Positions 48,609 to 57,424 of a stretch of DNA of 64,000 nt are shown in pieces. The number at the start of each line of letters is the position of its first letter. The first letter of the stretch is position 1. The DNA comes from a virus (Duplodnaviria > Caudoviricetes). The stretch spans positions 1 through 64,000 of IMG/VR virus record IMGVR_UViG_3300029288_004944; one strand, written 5' to 3'. The notes beneath the pieces are model-generated. The model did no database searches. It was not told the origin of the DNA and worked only from the letters and a program-made list of their open reading frames with translations. The translations under genes and the position numbers were made by a program.

Positions 48609-50081
48609 TTATTTTCTCCACATCCACCAACCACGATGTTCTGTATTACCATCTACATCCAATTGATTTAATTCTCCATTAGTATACCCTTCAATTATCA
48701 TATTTTTAACATGTTCTTTATTGCTATCATCTAATTCTTCATCATAATTTTCATCTCCAGTCCAATTATAATCAATTGACCATCCATTATCTAATATTGT
48801 AGAATGCTCCCACTCCTCTTCTATTTTGTTTTCGATTAAATCTATACCAAGTTCTTTAGATTTCTTTTCCACAGATGCTGTTATTGAATCATTAACAGGA
48901 CCAATTCCCAAATCGGAATTTGATAATCTTTTTTCTGTACCCACACCATCAGCATTATCTTTATATATATCTTTATTCAAAATAGATGATGGTTTTGATT
49001 TTTCCTCATAAGGATTTATTTTTAGAGGTACTATTTCTAATTCTCCAAGATCTGCTTTTGTTTCTTTTGATCCAATCTTCTGCCATGTACCAGCCTCGTA
49101 CTGTTCTGTTGGGGGATTAGGAAATGCATGCTTAACCCAAGCATCAAGTACATCGGGATTTGCAGAATAAAATATATATGGACCTTCTGTTACTGCTCCT
49201 TGTTCATTTTTCCACAATAAAACGTTTGCTTTCATTTTTGTTTTAATCTTTGTTGCTTCTTCTGCTGTAAATGTGGCTCCTTCACCATACCCCACCACAG
49301 ATCCTGCATCATCTTTTACAACTTGATCCTCGATCACGTACGCAATCTTTACCAAACTTATTCCGGCTCCTTCTGCCTGCTTTATTACTCGCTTCTCAGT
49401 AGAAGCATCAATTTTCTCTTTAACAGGTCCAAAAAGGGTTTTAGATGATAATGGAACATCAAATAATTTCTTATTATCACCTGATTGATATTTATCTTTT
49501 GGATTATACGATAAACCAACACTTTCAAACGTATCGGATGGTTTCTTTGCTTCGGCAGGACGATCAACAAATAATTTACTATTTTCGCCCTTACCAACAT
49601 TGTCAGTAATCGATACTTTCTCTATATCTTTTACTGATTTAGCAGATGGTTGAGCAAATAATCCTGAATTTCTACCTGCAGGAACTTCTTTATCTCTTTT
49701 TAATTCAGACTTATCGCCTTTTAACGCCCCATTTGCATCAGCAGACAAACTAACACTCTCCAATTCTTTCGGTTTAACTCCATCAATTTTGTCAATATTT
49801 TTATTGATAGAATCTCCGTCTTTTAATGCCTCAGATCCTTTGTCAGATTTGCTATCACAGGGTTTCTCTTGATAATCTTTTGGCTCTTCTTTTTCCTCGG
49901 CAGCCGTCACAAATTGATTTCTTGCCAATTCAGGATCATCTTCTGGCTTTGGAAGATTAACTTTTGTTTTTACTTTTTCTTTTGGTTCTTCCTTTTTTTT
50001 CGGTGCCTCTTTAGTTACAATTACATCAGATTTCTTATTCATACCTAATAAATCTTTCATATTATCCAAAAACTTTCCCAT
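48609..50081 (-). CDS. Modular charged protein
   Basis: 490 aa; MNKKS leader, VIKQA and ASVEKKS linkers; imperfect ESV(S/G)L...LF repeats. Confidence 0.8.
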   Translation of the reverse strand: MGKFLDNMKDLLGMNKKSDVIVTKEAPKKKEEPKEKVKTKVNLPKPEDDPELARNQFVTAAEEKEEPKDYQEKPCDSKSDKGSEALKDGDSINKNIDKIDGVKPKELESVSLSADANGALKGDKSELKRDKEVPAGRNSGLFAQPSAKSVKDIEKVSITDNVGKGENSKLFVDRPAEAKKPSDTFESVGLSYNPKDKYQSGDNKKLFDVPLSSKTLFGPVKEKIDASTEKRVIKQAEGAGISLVKIAYVIEDQVVKDDAGSVVGYGEGATFTAEEATKIKTKMKANVLLWKNEQGAVTEGPYIFYSANPDVLDAWVKHAFPNPPTEQYEAGTWQKIGSKETKADLGELEIVPLKINPYEEKSKPSSILNKDIYKDNADGVGTEKRLSNSDLGIGPVNDSITASVEKKSKELGIDLIENKIEEEWEHSTILDNGWSIDYNWTGDENYDEELDDSNKEHVKNMIIEGYTNGELNQLDVDGNTEHRGWWMWRK

Positions 50082-50114
50082 TTTACTTCCTCCTATAATA
50101 ATTTTGATTACTTA

Positions 50115-50387
50115 TTATTTCAAATGTGATGGAGTTATTATATTTGACTTTGGTTGCTGTTGAGCAGAAGACAATATACCAAGAACAGCCTGTCCACAAC
50201 CCTGCATCTGTAAATAACTCTCTATTTCATGTAATGCCCTTCTTACATCAACGATCGTGGCTTCTCTTTTAGACTCTTTAAGAACATCCTTTGTGATTAT
50301 AAACGAAGGTTTTCCATCACTCGGCACTACCACTAAAAATGCTGTCTCAGCCTGTTCAATCTCTTTTCCTGTCTTTTCTTCTTCCAT
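50115..50387 (-). CDS. Hypothetical protein
   Basis: 90 aa, GGAGG RBS. Confidence 0.75.
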   Translation of the reverse strand: MEEEKTGKEIEQAETAFLVVVPSDGKPSFIITKDVLKESKREATIVDVRRALHEIESYLQMQGCGQAVLGILSSAQQQPKSNIITPSHLK

Positions 50388-50413
50388 TTTATTCCTCCTA
50401 TCTATTTTTTATT

Positions 50414-50962
50414 TTACCAATCCGTAGCGGAATTTGGTTCGGGATTTTTATCTTCACTTATATCATCCACCTTTCTTATATCCCTCAATTGTTCAAGATT
50501 TTCATAATCATCAGGAGCCGTTGACATACTATCCATTGGCTCATTAATAACATCTTTATCTTGTCCAAAATTCTCTATCTTTCTTACTTCATCTTTATTT
50601 AATATCTGAAGTTTCACGGAACTTTTAGGAAAGTAAACTAATATTTTATTACTACCTAAAAATTCCAATATTTGACCTGTTCCGTTATTACCCTTACCAC
50701 TCACAGCCTCTTCTGTCATTTGCACAGGATCCCCATAGGAAAGAATGTCTCTTTCATCCATGAGATTCTCATTTCGTTCAACAGAAAATTCTGTTTGGGG
50801 CGTAGTTCCGCGATTAGGGCTTAACATACCAAAGGGATCGCCATTACCACGATCTCGATTTATATCATAAACTGATCCGTCAGTCCCCCTCTCATAATAT
50901 TCTTGACCATCATTTGTTAGTGGGCGTTCATCAAATATTGTGTCTGCTGCTTTATTTAACAT
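50414..50962 (-). CDS. Acidic hypothetical protein
   Basis: Start moved to MLNKAA after GGAG, downstream of promoter P4. Confidence 0.75.
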   Translation of the reverse strand: MLNKAADTIFDERPLTNDGQEYYERGTDGSVYDINRDRGNGDPFGMLSPNRGTTPQTEFSVERNENLMDERDILSYGDPVQMTEEAVSGKGNNGTGQILEFLGSNKILVYFPKSSVKLQILNKDEVRKIENFGQDKDVINEPMDSMSTAPDDYENLEQLRDIRKVDDISEDKNPEPNSATDW

Positions 50963-50976
50963 TTTATATACTCCAT

Positions 50977-51005
50977 AGTATAGCACAAATATTGTCATTT
51001 GTCAA
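50977..51005 (-). promoter_or_regulatory. Sigma70-type promoter P4
   Basis: TTGACA-AATGACAATATTTGTGC-TATACT (17-bp spacer). Confidence 0.75.
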
Positions 51006-51012
51006 GCAACAC

Positions 51013-52332
51013 TTAAACATTACCACCCGATGGTTTATCACTTGTCTCTCCTGACATATAAGAAGGTTGTTCTGTCGATTTATTACCCAATGTTGAATAA
51101 TCTTCCATGTTTACATCCTCCCATACTGTATCTACAACTTCGGTAACAGGATTTTTTTCGCCAGGTCCTTGATCTAAATTATCATTCTTTCCCCTATTTA
51201 GCAATTCCTCATTGATTTCTTTTATCTTCTCTACGCTTTCTTTCGTTAAGGTTCCTGCTAAAATCTTCTTTTTTGCTTCAATCAATTCATTATCGCTCAT
51301 TTGTTTTACTTGTTTCTCAAACGACGCTTCTGCTGTTATCGATCCTAAAAGATCCAATGTATACAATTTTTCTCCCGCTTTAACAAGAAACGTATCTTGA
51401 CCATAAAAAGAATGATCTTGCAACGATCTCAATAATCTCACTCTCGATACAATACTCTTTTTAAATTTATCATTGTCAAAGTTTTTAGATGCTATCCAAA
51501 CCCCCGATGAATCTTTCTCAAAAAGAACGTTATCAACAATCACCTGAGGATAATCCATTTTATCAAACATATTCGATACCACTCCGGCATTGATCAATAT
51601 ATGAGATATGTCAGAAGCAGAATCTTTATTATAACCCCTTGCCCTTAGCCCAACTACATACATAAGAGCATCCACATCTGCACTGCCGATCTTTTTCTTT
51701 TCCTTTTGATATGATTTCCAATAGTTTTTTAACTCATCTGCACCCTTACCACTGAAAAAATTATAGAAGTAATTAAACACTTCGCTGTAATCAGCATCTT
51801 TTTCTGCCACAACTAATTTCCCACTTTTTTCTTCAATATTTTCCTGTGGTTGTTCTACTTGTGCTTCATTTTGTGGCTCATTACCTCTTTCCTTGGGAGC
51901 CATTATAGATTGAATATATTCATTCAAAAGATTGTCAAAATTTTGATCTTGACCCGAATAAACATAAAAAAGCCCAAGCACTTTGTCCATCTCGCCTACG
52001 CCGGCGATCATTGCAGAACTTATGAATGAATCAATATTAATACCTGATTCCTGTTCAATTAATGCTTTATTGAATACCCTATTTGACAATGTAGGCGACT
52101 GCCTCACTTGCTCTTCGTATATCCCTTGGCCAGGCATCATCTGATCAGGGCTACCATTTTCAACAGCAGGATTTTGATTATTAATCTCAGAGCCAAAACC
52201 CGTATCGGAATTATCAGCCACAATCTTTTTTAAATTGCCAACAAAGTCGGTGTCCTGCCGTGTAGCCTGTTTCTTTACCCCTTCAATTTTTATTTCACAT
52301 TCTTTTAATAAGCCTTCAAAAAATTTAGACAT
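51013..52332 (-). CDS. Acidic hypothetical protein (possible virion protein)
   Basis: 439 aa; leader MSKFFEGLL...VKKQA; first gene after 67-bp repeat copy 2. Confidence 0.8.
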   Translation of the reverse strand: MSKFFEGLLKECEIKIEGVKKQATRQDTDFVGNLKKIVADNSDTGFGSEINNQNPAVENGSPDQMMPGQGIYEEQVRQSPTLSNRVFNKALIEQESGINIDSFISSAMIAGVGEMDKVLGLFYVYSGQDQNFDNLLNEYIQSIMAPKERGNEPQNEAQVEQPQENIEEKSGKLVVAEKDADYSEVFNYFYNFFSGKGADELKNYWKSYQKEKKKIGSADVDALMYVVGLRARGYNKDSASDISHILINAGVVSNMFDKMDYPQVIVDNVLFEKDSSGVWIASKNFDNDKFKKSIVSRVRLLRSLQDHSFYGQDTFLVKAGEKLYTLDLLGSITAEASFEKQVKQMSDNELIEAKKKILAGTLTKESVEKIKEINEELLNRGKNDNLDQGPGEKNPVTEVVDTVWEDVNMEDYSTLGNKSTEQPSYMSGETSDKPSGGNV

Positions 52333-52463
52333 AATAATTCCTCCTAAAATAAGTTAAATTATCAAAATATAGCAAAACAACCAAAATCAAGCATTTTATC
52401 ACTATATCACATAAGCACTATTTTACATAATAATAATTAACTTTACAATACTTATCATAAACA

Positions 52464-52530
52464 TATTAAAGAGGTCAACACATCATACCCCTTCATATAT
52501 AGGGGAATTATAACCATTTTATAACCATTT
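52464..52530 (-). repeat. 67-bp exact direct repeat, copy 2
   Basis: Identical to 1932-1998; begins at the stop codon of the sigma-region-4 gene. Confidence 0.9.
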
Positions 52531-53258
52531 TACTTTTCAGAATTCGGAAAATAATTATTCTTTTCCCTGCTCGTTTTTATTACTCCGTTAAAGATCTCAC
52601 GCTCTGCATTGCTCAATATGGCCAAATTATGCACATACATATGACAACTATGACATAAAATACAAGAATTTTTCGTTTGCTTGGGTAAAGATTCGCTCAT
52701 ACAATGACAATACAATCTATTATTATCCCCATCCCCACACATAACACACCTTTTATTATCTCTCTCAAACACAACATTATGAAATTTATCAACCAAATCC
52801 AATCTTTCCCTTTCTAAAATCACTATAGAATAAGGCATTTCAAGAATATCTCTATTTAACAAATCATTTATCAAAAGATAATGAGCCATATGCCCCCCTC
52901 TTGTCAAAGCAGATATTTCTTTGGATTTAATCTTCTTTCCCATTATAATCTTGCATAATTTCTGTAATCCCCTACTCAAATTCTTTGAAACAGCAGCCTG
53001 TGAGATCTTTAAAAATTTCGCAATTTGAGCCTCGGACATATGTTTCCATATTTTAAGAAATATAGCATCTCTTTGCTTAACAGTTAATTTTTTTAATGCA
53101 AGTTGCAAAACAAGTTCTTTTTCTATATGTTTTTTACTTTCTACGTTTTCTCTATAATCCGGGACAATTTCATTGTCGATCTTATATATTAGATCTTTTA
53201 CAATTTGCTCTCTTTCTTCGTTCTGCTCAATCTCATTCTCACTCATTAGAACCTCCAT
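52530..53258 (-). CDS. Sigma70 region-4 HTH protein fused to a degenerate HNH-like domain
   Basis: ALKKLTVKQRDAIFLKIWKHMSEAQIAKFLKISQAAVSKNLSRGLQKL; ERDNKRCVMC...ILCHSCH. Confidence 0.75.
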   Translation of the reverse strand: MEVLMSENEIEQNEEREQIVKDLIYKIDNEIVPDYRENVESKKHIEKELVLQLALKKLTVKQRDAIFLKIWKHMSEAQIAKFLKISQAAVSKNLSRGLQKLCKIIMGKKIKSKEISALTRGGHMAHYLLINDLLNRDILEMPYSIVILERERLDLVDKFHNVVFERDNKRCVMCGDGDNNRLYCHCMSESLPKQTKNSCILCHSCHMYVHNLAILSNAEREIFNGVIKTSREKNNYFPNSEK

Positions 53259-53553
53259 GTTTTTCTTGCATTTTTTTCTTATTTATAAATTCATTATAAA
53301 AATATATAACTCGTTCAGCATTCTTGATTAGAATAAATTCCAATGGGCTTGATACTTCCTGTATTCCCCACTCAGCATACCTGCGTTTCTTTGTGCCATC
53401 CATGGCAGCCAACTTCAATTTCTTTTCATTTTTATCCGGCAAGCCATTTAATATACTTTGTATTCTTTTACCGTCATCTTTCATCCTCTGAATAACATAT
53501 AACAAGGCTTCTTTTTCCACAACATAAGCATCATCTCCAAATATTTCTTCCAT
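53239..53553 (-). CDS. Hypothetical protein
   Basis: 104 aa, AGGAG RBS. Confidence 0.7.
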   Translation of the reverse strand: MEEIFGDDAYVVEKEALLYVIQRMKDDGKRIQSILNGLPDKNEKKLKLAAMDGTKKRRYAEWGIQEVSSPLEFILIKNAERVIYFYNEFINKKKMQEKHGGSNE

Positions 53554-53566
53554 AAAAAACTCTCCT

Positions 53567-54174
53567 CTAATTAAACCATTTTAATTCAGTCGTTCCCTTA
53601 AATCCTTTGACCCACACATACCACGCATAAGCAATTGCACTGCCCCCCCCCCTGCTACCATTGTCTCAAACTCAGCATTCTTTGCACACATCAATCTACT
53701 GCTTGAAACATATACTGTCTTTGGGGGATCTTTTAAAAATAATTTCTTTCGAGCCTTTCCTTCCATAAACTGCAATTTCAAAAACATTGCAACCTTTCGG
53801 CCATTAGGAATGATTTCCAATGCTTTCTCTATAAATTCTTGAGCATACTTATAGGGAGGATTAGTAATAATATCCCCATCCCAAGCCTGATTATCTATAC
53901 CTAAAAAATCTACTCCTGCCTCACCAAATCCCCTGTCCATTAGATCAGTACTTTTCACTTCATATCCTGTACTCTCAAAAACTTTACTCAAATGTCCTTC
54001 ACCACAAGCAGGTTCCCATATTTTATGATAAAAAGTTTCAAGTTGCAAAAGCAATTCAGCAGCCTTTGGCGTTGTTGCATAAAAATCTTCACTTTGCCTT
54101 TCTTCATCAGTATGATTGCTTGCTCCCAATGTTTTATATATACTATTAGAATTACCTGACCAATCTTTTGCCAT
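53567..54174 (-). CDS. Amino-type DNA methyltransferase, frameshifted in a G10 tract
   Basis: DFYAT, WEPACGEG, IITNPPY; a family-like tail SAIAYAWYVWVKG..TELKWFN lies in another frame after 53643-53652. Confidence 0.8.
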
Positions 54175-55160
54175 TATTTATTTCTCCTATCATTCCTAAT
54201 AAATCCACCTATCTCAGCAACCTCTTCATTTCCTACCACCTTATCCAACAATAAATTCATACCAAGAGAATCAGAAGCATAATGCCCCGCACAAATAACA
54301 TTAATTCTATGAGATTCAGCATTTTCAAACATATCAGGAGAAATGTGCATAACAAGCATTGTCTTTATTCCTGATGCGGACAATGAAGGCATAACTAATG
54401 TTGGAGCCTCAAGCCCCCCGGTCATATCAACCAAGACTTTACCCAACTTATTACTTAATTTACCTGCAACTACTCTTGGGCCAGAAGAATGTTCTGCCGC
54501 ATCAATATATTCGGGTTCATCATATAAACGTTTTAAAAGATCATTCACATCATCTGTCTCTTTAAAATTTGAAACCACATTATCTTCTAAATATTTCTGT
54601 AAACAATTATCGGATATAGTATGAGTGCACATATATTGAATACCCATTTTTGATGCCAATTGAGGCAACTGTTCATTATTATCCCCGAGGCAATCCTCTC
54701 TAACTTGTCTTGAAAATTTCTTATAAATATTTTTAAATTTAAACTCTTCACCATATTCAGAATCAATATCAACCATAACGCCATATTTTTTATAAATACC
54801 GATCTGCATATTTAAAACACGCCATAATTGACAATTTGCTTTTCCCTCAGGATGATGTGACCATGCAGCACAACTACAATCATGACCTTTCCCATATCTA
54901 TTTATATATTCCAATTCTCCGCTAAAAATATCTATACCCACAAACAATCTACCAAATTCAGTATCATTGTCAGCCAAAACAGATGAATCGGGGTAAGGAT
55001 TAACTAATAAAGATTTGTCAAAATATTTCTTTTCGTATTCCTCCAAATCATCATATTCTTTTTTAATATTATCTAAATCTTTTTGAACTGCCACTAATCC
55101 CCTCACATCATTCTCAATACCCACTTTTACTGCCCTTTTAAACAGATCGTTTATCTTCAC
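54174..55160 (-). CDS. NIF3/NGG1p-interacting-factor-like protein
   Basis: NPYPDS, VGIDI, SHHPEG, HTISDN, DMTGG, MHIS, AGHYASDSLGMN. Confidence 0.8.
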   Translation of the reverse strand: MKINDLFKRAVKVGIENDVRGLVAVQKDLDNIKKEYDDLEEYEKKYFDKSLLVNPYPDSSVLADNDTEFGRLFVGIDIFSGELEYINRYGKGHDCSCAAWSHHPEGKANCQLWRVLNMQIGIYKKYGVMVDIDSEYGEEFKFKNIYKKFSRQVREDCLGDNNEQLPQLASKMGIQYMCTHTISDNCLQKYLEDNVVSNFKETDDVNDLLKRLYDEPEYIDAAEHSSGPRVVAGKLSNKLGKVLVDMTGGLEAPTLVMPSLSASGIKTMLVMHISPDMFENAESHRINVICAGHYASDSLGMNLLLDKVVGNEEVAEIGGFIRNDRRNK

Positions 55161-56007
55161 AACACACCTCCTTTAACATTGGTTGAGATACATACCAAGA
55201 ATATAATTTAAGACTTTCTCTTACGGCATCATGAATATCAGGCATAAGCAAGCCATTCTCTTTCATCTTATCAGTATTCAAAACACAATTTGATCGTTTT
55301 GCCACGGTCATTTTATCAAGATCATCTCCTGATATCACTTTAAATGTATGGTCAGGATTAATAATTTCTTTATACATAGACATAATCTCTGCTGCTGAAA
55401 TAGTTCCGGGATTAACAAAATTAAAAACCCCCAACTTGCGTTGAGATATTGCTTGTCGCAAAGATCCAATCATGTGCGTAATAGTAGTCATGGAGTTTGG
55501 AATATCAATTACCTGCTTATACTTACTTACTTTATCTATAAAATTCTTTTCGTGAGGTATCTCATCTATGGGCATTCTTAATCTAACAATCAAACAAGGA
55601 AATTCTTTTAACGCTTTCTCGGCCAGAATCTTTGTCTTGGCATAAAATTGCGGACCATAAAAATTAGGCTCATCATCTTCTGAAAAACCTTTACCACCAT
55701 TATCCCCATCATACACACATCCACTACCCATATGAACAAAATAAATATTTCGCTTTGCACACTCAACACACAAGTTAACAGCACCAACAAGATTAGACAA
55801 TATTGTTTCTTCTTTGTGGGATTCACACCAATCAATATTACCAATACCTGTCTTAGCCACAGCATTAATTACAACATCAGGTTTTTCTCTATCCAAATAA
55901 GATCCAAGAGATAAAGCGTCCGTCGTATCTACACCCGTAGTAATATATCCCAAAACATTTGCAATTCTTGTACCTAAAAATCCCTTACCAAAAACTATAC
56001 CATGCAT
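55138..56007 (-). CDS. NDP-sugar 3,5-epimerase/4-reductase (RmlD/NRS-ER-like SDR)
   Basis: GKGFLG, NIDWCE, GSGCVY, FYAKTK (YxxxK), LRMPI. Confidence 0.85.
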   Translation of the reverse strand: MHGIVFGKGFLGTRIANVLGYITTGVDTTDALSLGSYLDREKPDVVINAVAKTGIGNIDWCESHKEETILSNLVGAVNLCVECAKRNIYFVHMGSGCVYDGDNGGKGFSEDDEPNFYGPQFYAKTKILAEKALKEFPCLIVRLRMPIDEIPHEKNFIDKVSKYKQVIDIPNSMTTITHMIGSLRQAISQRKLGVFNFVNPGTISAAEIMSMYKEIINPDHTFKVISGDDLDKMTVAKRSNCVLNTDKMKENGLLMPDIHDAVRESLKLYSWYVSQPMLKEVCCEDKRSV

Positions 56008-56018
56008 GTCTACTCCTT

Positions 56019-56702
56019 CTATAAATTTAATTCAGGTTGATAATTAGTATCTACCAATCGTGTTTTAGCGATTTCAACATACTCAGGATTAAGATCAATA
56101 CCTATATATCTCCTGTCCAATTCTTTGCAAGCAACAGGGGTAGTGCCTGATCCCATAAAAGGATCAAGGACAAGATCTCCTGCATTGGAACTTATCTTAA
56201 TCAATTCTTTAAAAAGATCTAAATTCTTTTGCGTTGGATGAACTTTACTATGCCCACTTGAATATCTCAACACAGAGTTTCTGCAATGAGCATTAAACGT
56301 TGCTTTTGGTTTTTTACCATACACGCAGGGCTCTATACCAGAAAGCCAAACAAAATCTCCATTCATTGGCGAAGGATTTGTCTTCTCCCATATTATTACT
56401 CTTGTAGTCATATCAGCATCTGCCATTCCATTTTTCAATATAGCCAATTGCGACCACCCACAAAAAACATAAACTGATCCCTTGGTTATTCTTGTCAACT
56501 CTTTAATTAGCACGCCAACATCAAACCCCACAACATCGGCATCATTCTTATCGAGATTTCTCAAACCATTACTTTTTCTATTTACCTCGCCATAAGGAAT
56601 ATCTGTTAAAACCATGTCTATGCTATTGTCAGGTATAGCCTTTATGGCATCTAAACTATTTCCCTGAAAAACATTGTTAATATAATCATTTGGATATACC
56701 AC
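56019..56702 (-). CDS. DNA N4/N6 methyltransferase (beta class)
   Basis: TDIPY, HPTQK, VLDPFMGSGTT. Confidence 0.9.
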   Translation of the reverse strand: MVYPNDYINNVFQGNSLDAIKAIPDNSIDMVLTDIPYGEVNRKSNGLRNLDKNDADVVGFDVGVLIKELTRITKGSVYVFCGWSQLAILKNGMADADMTTRVIIWEKTNPSPMNGDFVWLSGIEPCVYGKKPKATFNAHCRNSVLRYSSGHSKVHPTQKNLDLFKELIKISSNAGDLVLDPFMGSGTTPVACKELDRRYIGIDLNPEYVEIAKTRLVDTNYQPELNL

Positions 56703-57424
56703 TATTCCCCCTTTTTATGTAAATATTCTTCTACTTTTCTCCTACTCTCATGTGTACCGGCATCCGACCAAAATCCCTGAACTACATGATAAGATAAACA
56801 ACCATTGTTTAAATAAGATTCATTAACGTCTGTTATTTCTAATTCTCCCCTGTCAGAAGGCTTTAATTTCTTTATTCTCGAAAAAACTCCCCAATCATAA
56901 ATATATAAACCCGTTACAGCCAAATTACTTTTTGGTTTTTTAGGCTTTTCTACGATAGAAATAATTTTATCATTTTTAATCTGTGCCACACCAAATCTGC
57001 AAGGATCATCCACCTTTTTCAAAAAGATCTTTGCTCCACACCATGAAGTACTGTATCCCCAATGTTCATATACTTCTTTAAAATTATCATCACCAAATAT
57101 ATTATCCCCAAGAATTACTACAATAGGACTATCTCCTGCAAAATCTTCTGCCAATAACAATGCCTGAGCAATACCTCCAGCCTTCTTTTGAACTCTATAA
57201 GTAAAATCCATATCAGGATGCTCTTTTGTAAGATAACTCACTATTGTTCCTATATGTTCCGATCCACTTACAACACAAATATCATTAACACCCATTTTTC
57301 TCAATGTAGCCAATGGATATTCAATCATTGGAACTTTACCAACAGCAACAAGATGCTTATTTAAAACAGATGTCAATTTTCCAAGCCTTGAACCTGTCCC
57401 ACCTGCCAATATTACTCCCTTCAT
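56702..57424 (-). CDS. rmlA: Glucose-1-phosphate thymidylyltransferase-like
   Basis: MKGVILAGGTGSRL, LGDNIF, VEKP, RGELEITD, WSDAGT. Confidence 0.88.
   Translation of the reverse strand: MKGVILAGGTGSRLGKLTSVLNKHLVAVGKVPMIEYPLATLRKMGVNDICVVSGSEHIGTIVSYLTKEHPDMDFTYRVQKKAGGIAQALLLAEDFAGDSPIVVILGDNIFGDDNFKEVYEHWGYSTSWCGAKIFLKKVDDPCRFGVAQIKNDKIISIVEKPKKPKSNLAVTGLYIYDWGVFSRIKKLKPSDRGELEITDVNESYLNNGCLSYHVVQGFWSDAGTHESRRKVEEYLHKKGE

Noticed and set aside
1932-52530. 67-bp repeat as prophage attL/attR
   Set aside because: Phage genes continue on both outer sides and no integrase or tRNA target is present
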